IMG/VR virus record: IMGVR_UViG_3300033559_000026
Span: 4,399 to 68,398 of that record
Length of the DNA stretch: 64,000 nt
Direction: 5' to 3' (one strand)
Source: a virus
Taxonomy: Duplodnaviria; Caudoviricetes
Each line of letters begins with the position of its first letter. Positions within the stretch are counted from its first letter, which is position 1. The notes beneath the pieces are model-generated. The model saw nothing but the letters and a program-made list of their open reading frames with translations, was not told the origin of the DNA and made no database searches. The position numbers and the translations under genes were made by a program. This document shows, one piece after another, positions 49,223 through 59,290 of the stretch.

Positions 49223-50461
49223 ATGGGCGACTACAGGCGTGAACGTGAGGTTATTCGCTGGGCAATGGATCCAGAGATATACAAGTATTTGACTACAGTC
49301 GGAGCCTTTATAGCTGGTGGCTGCATAACTTCTATTTTTACTGGTCAACCGATCAACGACATCGACATCTTCTTCCGCAATCATGTGGAATATGAGAAGG
49401 CTAAGAAGTTCCTTACTGTATGTGAGGAAAGGAAGTTCCGTCACATGTGTAAGGTATGTGATACTGACAAGGCAGTTACCTTCAAGATTGACCATAATAA
49501 CAAGATGAACCCTGAAGCGTGTGGGTATGGAATGTCGTTCTTCCGCAAGGATGTTGAGATGGGCAACATGATTATTCAGATTGTTCGTCCCGATGTAAAC
49601 AGTGGAGAGCCTGAAGAGGTTGTTCAGAGATTCGACTTTACCGTATGTCAGGCTGCTTACGACATTCGTGAAGAGAAGTTCATATTCGGTGAGCGTTTCT
49701 TCCAAGACTGCGCACGCAAGCGTCTGGTGTTCAACTCCGAAAGTCAGAACATCATTGGCAGCTTCTTCCGCATTGACAAGTATAAGGAGCGTGGATATAC
49801 CATGGCTCCCCGTGAACTGCTCAAGATGGCTGCGGTATTCACCAACCGCAACTACAAGACGTTCCGCCAGTTCGTTGAAGACCTGAAGAAAGGCTTCCAA
49901 GATCCGGTTATTCACCACCTATACAACAAGATTCGCTACCCAACTGGAACCCGAGTAGAGGAAAGCAACTCGCTTCTGGATGCTGCGTTCGACGCTTCTT
50001 CGGTTATTGAGTGGATTGACGAGTTCAATGTTGCCGGTCCTCACTATCCTGTCAAGGAAGGCAAGGATATGGTTGAGGAAGTTGAGAGAGCTAAGTATGA
50101 CCACTCAAAGCCAAACTATGACGACTTTGGCAATGTGCTTCCTGACAATAATCCAGACTTCTTCACATTCCCAATAGCAATGTCGCACGCTCCTGGCGTT
50201 CCAATGGTTCCAGCCGCGAGTGTTCCTGTTATGCCAATGCCGCAACCCACAGCCACGGTTTGGGGTCAGCATGCTCCTGTAATAAAGAAAGGACCGGGAC
50301 CAGGGTATTCGGCTCCTGTTCAGGTTTCCAAGCCTTCGTCGTGGGATGATGAAGACATTGATGTTAGCAGTATTGTAGCCCCTGTCAAGAAAGCTGTAGC
50401 TAAAAACAGTGACGATGACTTGCTCAACTCGCTCGACTTTGATGAGGATGACGATAAGTGA
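49223..50461 (+). CDS. Nucleotidyltransferase (CCA/poly(A) polymerase-head-like)
   Basis: FIAGGC...NDIDIF, FDFTVC. Confidence 0.75.
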   Translation: MGDYRREREVIRWAMDPEIYKYLTTVGAFIAGGCITSIFTGQPINDIDIFFRNHVEYEKAKKFLTVCEERKFRHMCKVCDTDKAVTFKIDHNNKMNPEACGYGMSFFRKDVEMGNMIIQIVRPDVNSGEPEEVVQRFDFTVCQAAYDIREEKFIFGERFFQDCARKRLVFNSESQNIIGSFFRIDKYKERGYTMAPRELLKMAAVFTNRNYKTFRQFVEDLKKGFQDPVIHHLYNKIRYPTGTRVEESNSLLDAAFDASSVIEWIDEFNVAGPHYPVKEGKDMVEEVERAKYDHSKPNYDDFGNVLPDNNPDFFTFPIAMSHAPGVPMVPAASVPVMPMPQPTATVWGQHAPVIKKGPGPGYSAPVQVSKPSSWDDEDIDVSSIVAPVKKAVAKNSDDDLLNSLDFDEDDDK

Positions 50462-50532
50462 AAATAGTAAGAAGCCCCTTGACTTACAAAATGCCGAGGT
50501 AAGATATAGGTGGTTACGCCAAGGAGAATCCG

Positions 50533-50724
50533 ATGAACGGTTTACAATCTATTGAGAACGTGTTTGAGATTGCGAGAAAGAACAAGAAGCTTATCGCAAC
50601 CAACCAGCGTATCACACAGGCACTTCAACAGTTAGTCGAAGCTACTGCCGCCGCACAGACGTTGACAGACGATCAAAAGACCGCTCTTGACAAGGCTATT
50701 GTTGCCTTACAATCTAAGTCATGA
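50533..50724 (+). CDS. Small helical hypothetical protein
   Basis: AAGGAG RBS, promoter upstream. Confidence 0.6.
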   Translation: MNGLQSIENVFEIARKNKKLIATNQRITQALQQLVEATAAAQTLTDDQKTALDKAIVALQSKS

Positions 50725-51251
50725 ATATATTCCGTCTTGATAATGACCCTGACCTTGCCGCTCGCATGGCTATTGATAAGCATGTTGTCAAGATGCCTTT
50801 GGAGTCAGCGCAACTGCTTCACACCGCACTTCGTCAATACTCGCTACAAGCCGATTGGCTCTACAAGCCGTTCAATCCTAAGCACCCAAGCTGTCTGTGG
50901 GTGTGCGAGTCACGTTTCAACTTCAAGTGGCTTGTAGCGCACGGAATCGCTCTCTGTGATGAATATACTCGCAGGTATGGCAAGGTTCACAAGTGCGAGA
51001 AACTTATTCGCAAGGCTGGTGAGTTTGAGAATTGTATTCACAATCTCCCATCAACTCCACTTCGTCTTGCCATGCCTGACCAGTTCCGTAATGACGATGT
51101 TGTTCATTCGTACCGACTCTACTATGCTGGTGCCAAGTTTCGTTTCGCCAAGTGGAAGACCAACGAGCCGTACTGGTGGGATGATTACCGTAACCTTGTC
51201 ATACAAAACCACCTTGAGGTTGTCAACGACAAAAATGATGGTGTGAAGTGA
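50721..51251 (+). CDS. Pyrimidine-dimer DNA glycosylase (endonuclease V)-like family protein
   Basis: MNIF.LD..P..AA...DKHVVKM.LESAQLL, HPSC.W, EYT.RYGK.H. Confidence 0.7.
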   Translation: MNIFRLDNDPDLAARMAIDKHVVKMPLESAQLLHTALRQYSLQADWLYKPFNPKHPSCLWVCESRFNFKWLVAHGIALCDEYTRRYGKVHKCEKLIRKAGEFENCIHNLPSTPLRLAMPDQFRNDDVVHSYRLYYAGAKFRFAKWKTNEPYWWDDYRNLVIQNHLEVVNDKNDGVK

Positions 51252-51350
51252 CCATTGGAATATACTGGTGTATATGGCTTACCATCATTGGGCTTGCAAT
51301 ACTCTACGTTCTTCATAAGATTATAAGCAAACCACCTGACGGACTCTAAT

Positions 51351-52121
51351 ATGGCACACTTACACACCAAGCAAGACATTGTTTACGGAAACTACTCAAT
51401 CCTACATCCTGACGGCACGTTGATGTGTCGCACAGATGCCAAGAAGGTCAGATGGTATCTGAAAAAGAATCTGGCTACACAGGTCGATGAACTGACCATC
51501 AAACTCAACTTCGAGCCAAAGGGCAAGGGGAATGCTGGAGCGTCGGAATACTATGCCGAAGCAAGGGAGAACCGCTGTGTTGTATGTGGCTGTGAAGAAG
51601 ACTTGACACTGCATCATGTTGTTCCTTACCAGTATCGTAAGCAGTTTCCAGAACACTTGAAGTCGCACACGTCATTCGATATACTTCCTGTGTGTATGAA
51701 GCACCATGAGGAATACGAGCAGGAGGCTGTGAAGCTCAACAAGCGTCTTCAGATCCAATACAATGCCCAACCACACACAAATAAGCCAAATGAAGACATT
51801 GCCTTGGCTAAGGAGATTGCTGGCGTCATTTCGACTCTAATCAAGACTGGCGACAAGATTCCAGACTCTCGTAGGGCAGCATTGCTCAACCAAGTCAGAA
51901 GCTACTTCAAGGATGAGGATATATGGTGGGATGACCTACCAGACCTTATCGTTGATGTCAACTACAAGGTTGAGTCGGCTTCGCCTGCCAAGGTGATTAT
52001 TGAAGCAGTTGACGATATATTCGAGTTTGTTGTCATGTGGCGCAAGCATTTCGTCAACACCATGAAGCCCCGGCACCTATCGGAGAAGTGGCTGGCTGAC
52101 ATGGAGAAAGTCGTTCGTTGA
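51351..52121 (+). CDS. HNH-like protein resembling the EXD2 C-terminal domain
   Basis: RWYLKK.LA..L.FEP.G, CVVCG..L.LHHVVP.YR..FP..KSH, LP.C..H. Confidence 0.6.
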   Translation: MAHLHTKQDIVYGNYSILHPDGTLMCRTDAKKVRWYLKKNLATQVDELTIKLNFEPKGKGNAGASEYYAEARENRCVVCGCEEDLTLHHVVPYQYRKQFPEHLKSHTSFDILPVCMKHHEEYEQEAVKLNKRLQIQYNAQPHTNKPNEDIALAKEIAGVISTLIKTGDKIPDSRRAALLNQVRSYFKDEDIWWDDLPDLIVDVNYKVESASPAKVIIEAVDDIFEFVVMWRKHFVNTMKPRHLSEKWLADMEKVVR

Positions 52122-52133
52122 TAAATAAGGAAT

Positions 52134-53159
52134 ATGAAGTTCTCTCAATTCCTAAGTCAACTGGATGAAGCCAAGACGCCACAACTTATAGGGTATCACG
52201 CCACGACATTTGGTAATGCCCACGATATAAAGAGAGATGGGGTTATAAAGGCTAATCCAAAGAACGCACGCTGGACGCATGACAGGGGAATAGTATCACT
52301 CAAGGATTCTGTATATGTGGAGTTGGATGTTGCCAAGGCTATAAGATGGTATGGCGGTGAACTGTCAAGCGGGTTGGTTGTTATTGAGTTTACTGAAAAG
52401 ACCGCTCTCTCCGACCCGCAGTATGACATAAAAGGTTTCGTCTGGAAGTTTATTCATAAAGAGTCTAATAATTTATCAGACATACTCGACCCCTCCACTA
52501 TAAAGCCCAAAATGAGCATAGATGACCTTGGGCGTTGGTGTGAGTCAAAAGCTGATGTATTCAGGAAAGAGTTTCATAACTTCCTATCCAAAGGTAATAC
52601 CAAGGTTCCGGATAAGACGGAAGAAGTCATTGAGCTACTATTTTATTTCATACTTGATAATAAATCATATTACTTCAAGTTTGATAATGCTAAACGAAAG
52701 CTTGTATCGGATAAGTATCACGCATTATTGAAAAAGGTTTCAGACTCATATAAGGGATTTAAGCGAACCGATTCCACTGCTATGAGATTACCTTATGATG
52801 TTGAAATGACTGGAAGAAATCGTATAATAGGTATATTGACGGTATCGGCTGGAACTGATGCTGGGTATAGAAGGGATTCGTTTAGCTCATATCAACCACC
52901 GGAGAAGTCTGACGCTGAGAAAGATGCCGACATAAAAACCGCCATGTATGATGTTATATGGGGTAATGCCAAGGAGATAAGGGAAAAGACTGGTCTTATG
53001 GCTCTTGGCGACCAAAAAGACAGAATGGATTACTATTGGGAAAAGGGTCAGAAGGAAAGAGCGGAGTTGGAGTTGAAGAGGAAAGAGATGAGAAGACAGA
53101 AAGACAAAGATCGTAGAGCAGCTAAGAAAGCTTCTACGAATACATCGGAGACTATATGA
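52134..53159 (+). CDS. Hypothetical protein with ADP-ribosyltransferase-like YH.T motif
   Basis: MKFSQFLSQLDEA; GYHATT...I...G...SVYV. Confidence 0.4.
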   Translation: MKFSQFLSQLDEAKTPQLIGYHATTFGNAHDIKRDGVIKANPKNARWTHDRGIVSLKDSVYVELDVAKAIRWYGGELSSGLVVIEFTEKTALSDPQYDIKGFVWKFIHKESNNLSDILDPSTIKPKMSIDDLGRWCESKADVFRKEFHNFLSKGNTKVPDKTEEVIELLFYFILDNKSYYFKFDNAKRKLVSDKYHALLKKVSDSYKGFKRTDSTAMRLPYDVEMTGRNRIIGILTVSAGTDAGYRRDSFSSYQPPEKSDAEKDADIKTAMYDVIWGNAKEIREKTGLMALGDQKDRMDYYWEKGQKERAELELKRKEMRRQKDKDRRAAKKASTNTSETI

Positions 53160-53707
53160 CAGACAAGATACGCACCATGATGACCAGAATGCACCTGAAT
53201 GAATCAAGTGCCTTCAAGAACATTGTTGCTCTCAACGAATCGGATATAAAGTTTCTCAGAGAGCTTGGATTGTATGTTTATGAAGGGTATCGTAGAGACA
53301 TCAAGGAGTCGCTTGACACTGCTAAGATGGATTCCAACCTATTCGATCAGCTTCAGAAGCAGTCACAGACCTACCTGAAGAACCATGATTGGGTCTACTG
53401 GAACGAGAAATCAGTCAAGGAATCGTATGATGTCAACGGATACCACCTGTGTTCATTGACCAAGGAACGCTTCGAGAAGAAGAAAGGTGTTCTCTGCCAG
53501 AAGCGTCTAAACCCTGAAAACGTTGTGTTGTATCTTCCGGTCGTTGAAGACTGGATAGACTACTATAAGAATACCTGTAAAGAGGGTATGGATAGACTAT
53601 TGGTTCTGGATTGTGTAGGTATGCCACTCAAGAATCAGCGCATGAACAAGTTTGTTATTGTAAAGGGTAATAAGACCGAGTTGGTTGACTCACGAGAAAT
53701 CGGGTAA
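53156..53707 (+). CDS. Hypothetical protein
   Basis: Coupled ORF. Confidence 0.65.
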   Translation: MTDKIRTMMTRMHLNESSAFKNIVALNESDIKFLRELGLYVYEGYRRDIKESLDTAKMDSNLFDQLQKQSQTYLKNHDWVYWNEKSVKESYDVNGYHLCSLTKERFEKKKGVLCQKRLNPENVVLYLPVVEDWIDYYKNTCKEGMDRLLVLDCVGMPLKNQRMNKFVIVKGNKTELVDSREIG

Positions 53708-53955
53708 TCTGCGCTCGTCAACCCAACGCCGAGCAAACTTCTTGGCTAATACCTCGGTTTCGGCAAACAAAGTTCCATAGACCTTGCCATTATATATGAG
53801 GTCTATATGCCATAGCCCCTTCAGAAGCTCGGGGGTTGTGGAGTCAAAATAGTCTAATTTCTTCTTATCCATGTCAAGATTATAACATATCAGAAGTATA
53901 ATACTAAAAAGCATGCTTCTCCTATTATAAATACAAGGAGCAAGGGGATAAAATT

Positions 53956-55257
53956 ATGGATTCAAGAGACTTCCGCAAGCAGTGGCAAAAACTTCAGGAA
54001 TCATGGAATTCCGAAGACACTGAACTGAACATCAACTCCACCAAGGCTGAGAAGCTTGAAGAGAAGCGCAAGCTCCCCGATGCTCTCAAGGCTCACCAGT
54101 TCGGCAAGAAGACCGATGGTAAGACACCTGAGAAGGGTGAGACAAAGAAGCATGAAGATGCTGAAACACCTGAACAGGAAAAGAAGGAAGATAAGAAGGA
54201 TGACAAGAAGCCTTCGTTCCTCAAGAAGAAGGCTACTGAAAAGCGTAAGAGCATGGCTCTCCGCTCAGATGGTAAGCTATCAAAGGTTGGTAAGGGAGTA
54301 CCTGGGAAGACACTGTATGGCGGTCCATCAACATGGAAAAAGAACACAGCCAAAGCTACCGAAGATGTCGCTGGTAATGCAGCCGCAGCAGGCGCTTCTA
54401 ATGGATCAACAACATCAACCTCGGTTGGTGCTGCTAAGGGAACCTGCCCCGACGCTCGCGTTGGCTCACCTGTTGCCCAGCCAGAGAGATTGAAGAAGCA
54501 GGCTAAGGAAAGCAAGCTCTTCTCGCACTTCAGAAAGTATATGTCTGAAGCTGGTCTTCCAATCGAAGCTCCAATTCAAGACCCAGCAGCCGATCCTACC
54601 CTTGCAGGAGATTCGGGTGCGTTCGCTGAATTGACTGGTGAAGAACCAGCCGTTGACCCAGCCCTCGGCGCTGAAGCACCTGTCGATGATGCCGCTGCTC
54701 TCGTTGCTGATATCAAGGCTCGCTTCCCAACCGCAAAGATTCGTATCTGCGTTGAGACTGAGCCTACCGCTCCTTTCACTGCTGAAGATGTAGCTGCTGC
54801 TGAAGCTGCTATTGCCGCAGTTCCAGAGGAAGTTGAAGGGGCTGAAGAGCTTGGTGGAGAACTCGGGGCTGATGAACTTGATGGCGCTGAAATGCCAGTT
54901 GATCAAGACATCGCTGACGAAGTTAGAATTGAGTCTTGCTCCATGAGAGAAGACGAAGGCGAAGACATGGGCGCTGCTGATGGAGTCGAAGAGATTCCAA
55001 CAGGAGACGAGATGGGTGCGGAGGGTGGAGAAGAAGCCCTCGGTGGAGAGCTTGGCGCTGAAGTTGAAGGTAGCGCATCGGAAGCTTCGCCAGAAGCTAT
55101 CTCCATGACACCAGAACAGTGGCTCGAATTCCTTGCCGCTGGAACAGAAACCGGAACTGACGAACTCGACCCCGAGCTTGGCGCTGCTGATGCAGAAGCC
55201 GGGGAGGGTGAAGACTCTGATTCAGAGTCGAACAAAAGTGAAGATCAAATCGGCTAG
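53956..55257 (+). CDS. Late low-complexity protein (basic N-half, very acidic C-half), possibly head-associated
   Basis: TATAAATA at 53926; many L/I-x-E sites. Confidence 0.55.
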   Translation: MDSRDFRKQWQKLQESWNSEDTELNINSTKAEKLEEKRKLPDALKAHQFGKKTDGKTPEKGETKKHEDAETPEQEKKEDKKDDKKPSFLKKKATEKRKSMALRSDGKLSKVGKGVPGKTLYGGPSTWKKNTAKATEDVAGNAAAAGASNGSTTSTSVGAAKGTCPDARVGSPVAQPERLKKQAKESKLFSHFRKYMSEAGLPIEAPIQDPAADPTLAGDSGAFAELTGEEPAVDPALGAEAPVDDAAALVADIKARFPTAKIRICVETEPTAPFTAEDVAAAEAAIAAVPEEVEGAEELGGELGADELDGAEMPVDQDIADEVRIESCSMREDEGEDMGAADGVEEIPTGDEMGAEGGEEALGGELGAEVEGSASEASPEAISMTPEQWLEFLAAGTETGTDELDPELGAADAEAGEGEDSDSESNKSEDQIG

Positions 55258-55413
55258 TAACACCTATGCTGTAGGCTCTTACTTGGGCAACTACTGGACC
55301 GCCAAGCGTATAGAAGGTGCTTGGAAAATAAAAACCAAGGTAGAATTGAACCCAGGAGCCAAGGCTAACATAGCACACCAGATAAATAGATTCTTAGAAA
55401 CGGGAGAAGACTT

Positions 55414-57141
55414 ATGAACACATCAAGAGCAGACCTCAAGAAGCGCATTCAGAGCAAGATTGAGGAAGGATACGAAAAGGGCGGTAAGCTCGTGGAGATG
55501 GGCGAAGTAGCCCTTTATCCAGAGCCAGCCCCTTCGGTCGATCCGACCGTTCAGGGTTCGGGCAAAACCATACAGGTCGATTCAGACCTATTGAGAGACT
55601 TGCTCAATTGGGCAACCTCGGCTGACGCTGGCAGCATTGATGCTGTTGTAGCCAAGGCAGAGGAAGTCGGGGCTGCTGGACCATTGACACCAGAGCATTT
55701 GATTGACTTGACTGCTACTGCTCAGACCGCAGACCCATCAAATCCTTCGTGTGGTGCTGCTGCCCAGGTTCCACAGGCAGGCATAACCTCGCCAGTAGTT
55801 CCAGCGGGACCGGTCGGACCACTCTCACCCGTCATGGCATCGTTCATGCGTAGAGGAAAGAAGGTTGAAGAGCTAGTATCACTTCCAAAGATGGATAAGA
55901 CGGGCGCTCAACAGGTCGGCGGAACTGGCAAGATGCCAGTCAAAGCAGCTATTGCATTGGATAAGCAGGTAAAGGGTCATGAGAAGAGAACTGGCAAGAA
56001 GTTTGACGGGACCCAGGATACATTGATGGGGATTGGTGAAGAGGATGGAGAACCTGAAGTCGATACACGACCAGAAGATATGCATGACCATGGAGACGAT
56101 CAGAAGAATCGTCACCTAGATGATGAAAAAGCTGAAGATATGTTTGAAAGTCAGGATGAGCAGATCCAGCAGATATTCGATGCTCTCGTAGCCAAGGGTA
56201 TTTCGCCTAAAGCTGCTAAGAAAATCATAGGAAATGCTGAAATGGAAGACTTGACAACCATGTATCATGAGCTTGTTATGCAGGCTGGTGAAGGTGAAGT
56301 TGTCGCTGAAGACGATATCATTGATTCTGATAACGAAGCAATCGTCAATCCAGATGAGATGCGCAAGCCAGCTACAAAGCCACTTCCAAAGGCTCCAGTA
56401 GCCAGTATCAACAGGGGTAACAAGGGAATCGCTGAAGATGATGTCATTCCTAACGTAGAGCATGAACCTATTGTCACCCCATCCGAGATGGGCAAGAAGA
56501 ACCCTGGCGTCAAGCCAGATGGTGGTCAGACCCCAACGGGAATGAACCTTGGAGACAAGCTCAACAAGGGTAACAAGGGAATCGCTGAAGATGGAATTGA
56601 TGACGCTGCTGGTGCCATAGCTGACGGAATTGGCGATGCAATCGCTGGTGAAGAAGGCGACGAGGGCGCTGAAGGCATGGTTGAACCCGATGCCGCCATG
56701 GCAGGAATCCCAGGCGAAGAAATACCACAAGTTGGCGATGCTATCGACGCTGTTATTGGTGCAGAACCAATGGCACCAGTTGGTGGCGAAGGTCTTGTTG
56801 GGCAGGTTGCAAGCCTCGAAGCTCGCATAGCTGAACTTGAAGCATTACTTGGCAGTGGTGAAGAAGCTGGCGAAGTTCCAGTAGGAATCCCAGGAATTGA
56901 AGCTGGGGAAGAGGGTGAGGAAGGCAAGGAAGATGAACTTACCGTAGACGCTGACGATGCTGAAGACGAAGACGGTGAAGGTGATGCTGAAGGTGAGGAA
57001 GAGGAAGAAAGTGAAGAAGGCGAAGAAGCTGGTGAGAAGCCAGAAGAGAAGGAAGAAGATGGAGAAGAAGGCGATGAGAAGCCTGTAGACGATAAGAAGC
57101 TATTCCTCGGTGGTGAGGAAGAGGAAAAAGAAGAGAAGTAA
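55414..57141 (+). CDS. Late acidic low-complexity protein with internal repeats, possibly head-associated
   Basis: NKGNKGIAED repeat; Glu-rich tail. Confidence 0.55.
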   Translation: MNTSRADLKKRIQSKIEEGYEKGGKLVEMGEVALYPEPAPSVDPTVQGSGKTIQVDSDLLRDLLNWATSADAGSIDAVVAKAEEVGAAGPLTPEHLIDLTATAQTADPSNPSCGAAAQVPQAGITSPVVPAGPVGPLSPVMASFMRRGKKVEELVSLPKMDKTGAQQVGGTGKMPVKAAIALDKQVKGHEKRTGKKFDGTQDTLMGIGEEDGEPEVDTRPEDMHDHGDDQKNRHLDDEKAEDMFESQDEQIQQIFDALVAKGISPKAAKKIIGNAEMEDLTTMYHELVMQAGEGEVVAEDDIIDSDNEAIVNPDEMRKPATKPLPKAPVASINRGNKGIAEDDVIPNVEHEPIVTPSEMGKKNPGVKPDGGQTPTGMNLGDKLNKGNKGIAEDGIDDAAGAIADGIGDAIAGEEGDEGAEGMVEPDAAMAGIPGEEIPQVGDAIDAVIGAEPMAPVGGEGLVGQVASLEARIAELEALLGSGEEAGEVPVGIPGIEAGEEGEEGKEDELTVDADDAEDEDGEGDAEGEEEEESEEGEEAGEKPEEKEEDGEEGDEKPVDDKKLFLGGEEEEKEEK

Positions 57142-57165
57142 CTTTAGTAAAATTTAACTAAAAAC

Positions 57166-57200
57166 AAGCCCCTCGGAATTTCTTCCGGGGGCTTTTGTTT
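57166..57200 (+). terminator. Intrinsic terminator
   Basis: AAGCCCCTCGGAA-TTTC-TTCCGGGGGCTT-TTGTTT. Confidence 0.8.
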
Positions 57201-57224
57201 GTATAAATAATACGGAGAGGCATC

Positions 57225-57626
57225 ATGTCAAATAAGAAACACTCTGAATTCAGCGAAAGGAATGGTAAATGGAAAGATGCTTCCAATACCATTATAGACA
57301 TTCGCTATAAGCTTGACGATACACTGCGTTCGTTCACAGACGAAGAGAAGCAGTCTATTCGCTATAAACAGCTACTCGAAACCATGAGCCAACAGTTTGA
57401 CCACCTTCTCGGGGATTATAACAAGAAGAAGGAAGAGGAAACTCGTCAAAAGTTTGAGAATGATATAAAGTTAGAACAGGCTTTACATTCCAAGACCAAG
57501 AAGAAGAACGGATGGTTGAGCTATAAGTCTGCTATAATAGCCGCAGTAGGAGCTATCATAGTAAAGATAGTATCAATCATTCCAGAACTCATCACCGTTA
57601 TATCATCGTTGTTCGGGGGACCATAA
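57225..57626 (+). CDS. Coiled-coil protein with C-terminal membrane anchor
   Basis: Hydrophobic C-terminus; late promoter at 57202. Confidence 0.65.
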   Translation: MSNKKHSEFSERNGKWKDASNTIIDIRYKLDDTLRSFTDEEKQSIRYKQLLETMSQQFDHLLGDYNKKKEEETRQKFENDIKLEQALHSKTKKKNGWLSYKSAIIAAVGAIIVKIVSIIPELITVISSLFGGP

Positions 57627-57628
57627 TC

Positions 57629-57976
57629 ATGAAGCTGAATGTGTTTTATCTTGAAGACCACCAATTCTTCTCAGTTGATATCATAGAATACCTTCAGGAG
57701 AACCATAACGTCTTCTATGCGAAGACGTATGCCGAAGCCGAGAAGCTTATTGAAGAGCATAAGAACTTTGATGCGTCAATCATAGATGTAATCCTCCAGA
57801 ATGGCAAGACGGGAATCCACTTCGTTACGAAGTATGAAGGCAACCTTGGAAACATTATGTTCCTTACAGGGTGTGTTGACCAGCCTACCCTTGATAAACT
57901 CTCCAAATGGGAAGTAGCCAGTAAGCGTGAAGTCATTTGGGAGAAACTTGACAAGCTTCTGGAATCCGCTGAATGA
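57629..57976 (+). CDS. Single-domain response regulator
   Basis: FYLED, IIDVIL..GKTG, FLTG, K. Confidence 0.8.
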   Translation: MKLNVFYLEDHQFFSVDIIEYLQENHNVFYAKTYAEAEKLIEEHKNFDASIIDVILQNGKTGIHFVTKYEGNLGNIMFLTGCVDQPTLDKLSKWEVASKREVIWEKLDKLLESAE

Positions 57977-58965
57977 TATGCGTGTTCTTGTTAGCAGGAA
58001 CACTTCTCTTTTGCTGTTTGTTTTGTGTATACATCATAAAGAAGCAGAATAAAAATTATAGGGAACTTCTTCAGGAGGGAAAACTCCGATACGACCTTCT
58101 TCTGAACGAATACGAAGGAAAACTCAAGAGAAGAATAGCCGATGAGAAGCAACGCCAGCTAAAAGAAGCTGCTTCTATTACTCATCACCTATCAAACGTT
58201 ATCAGTGGAATGAACCACGAGCTATCACCGTGGATAGGTGGAATAAAGAACAAGATAGCCAGAATGTCATCCAAGACAAGAAGTTCTGTCGAAATATCAC
58301 CGGTTGTATGTAAAAAGCTTGACGATATATACAAAGCATGCGATTCTATGAATGTTATTCTTGACACTCTATCCAGGGATGTCAAGAAGGTTCAGAGATA
58401 TAACAATGTAAACTCCAATCTACTCGACACAATATCGTCGTGGATCAGATTGACCATAACAGATCGTTCCATAAAAGAGAACGTATCTGAAGAGAACTTT
58501 CACATCGCAAATGAGAGTCTGACGTTTACATGTGAGCATGCTCCAATGTTGCTATCGCAGGTTATTCTCAACCTTGTAAAGAACAGTATAGAACACAATA
58601 GCGATATGCTTGATACTCTTCGAATAAGAATAAGTGGAATACCAGATATGAAGGCTCTCGTATATGAAGACAATGGCAAGGGTATTCCAGAAGATAAACT
58701 GAAGGATATATTCAAGCCAGGGTTGACAACTAAGCAGCATGAGACAGAACTACATGGGCTTGGGCTATCTCTGTGCCAGGATTACTGCATGACCATGGGT
58801 GCTGTAATGAATGCTGAGAAATGCACCAGAGGCGCACGATTCGTTATATTCTTTGAGGCTGATGCTATTGCCGATGACCATACGGCTATTAGAAGAATCA
58901 AGATGGAAAAAGAACACCACGACAGTTCCTCATGCCGACTCGGCACACATAATGGTAGAGACTGA
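57973..58965 (+). CDS. Membrane-anchored sensor histidine kinase
   Basis: N-terminal TM; NHEL H-box; QVILNLVKNS, EDNGKGI, FKPGLTTK, GLGLSL. Confidence 0.9.
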   Translation: MICVFLLAGTLLFCCLFCVYIIKKQNKNYRELLQEGKLRYDLLLNEYEGKLKRRIADEKQRQLKEAASITHHLSNVISGMNHELSPWIGGIKNKIARMSSKTRSSVEISPVVCKKLDDIYKACDSMNVILDTLSRDVKKVQRYNNVNSNLLDTISSWIRLTITDRSIKENVSEENFHIANESLTFTCEHAPMLLSQVILNLVKNSIEHNSDMLDTLRIRISGIPDMKALVYEDNGKGIPEDKLKDIFKPGLTTKQHETELHGLGLSLCQDYCMTMGAVMNAEKCTRGARFVIFFEADAIADDHTAIRRIKMEKEHHDSSSCRLGTHNGRD

Positions 58966-59290
58966 TAACTGCCCTGTATGTAAAAGAAATGTGTTTAGTC
59001 AGCATATGACTACACACCACTGGCACCCCAGGTCTTTGGGTGGCAATGAAGATACCACCATGAGAATATGCATAACGTGCCATTCATTTTTACACGAAGT
59101 TATACCCCTCAAGGAAGTCATAAACTATAAGACTCCTGAATCTCTACAGGATAATGCTGCCTTCAAGAAATACCTTGACTTTATATTGACGAAGAATCAC
59201 CCTCATCCATATAAAGTCAAGAAGATACTCAGGAATATTCTTATAGAACCGAATCCGAGAATACCAAGTTGTGTTCCAGCTTATCATTGA
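58952..59290 (+). CDS. Small HNH protein
   Basis: CPVC..THHWHPRSLGG...ICITCH. Confidence 0.7.
   Translation: MVETDNCPVCKRNVFSQHMTTHHWHPRSLGGNEDTTMRICITCHSFLHEVIPLKEVINYKTPESLQDNAAFKKYLDFILTKNHPHPYKVKKILRNILIEPNPRIPSCVPAYH

Noticed and set aside
57225-57626. Holin assignment
   Set aside because: Only a C-terminal hydrophobic segment, and no adjacent endolysin in the window.
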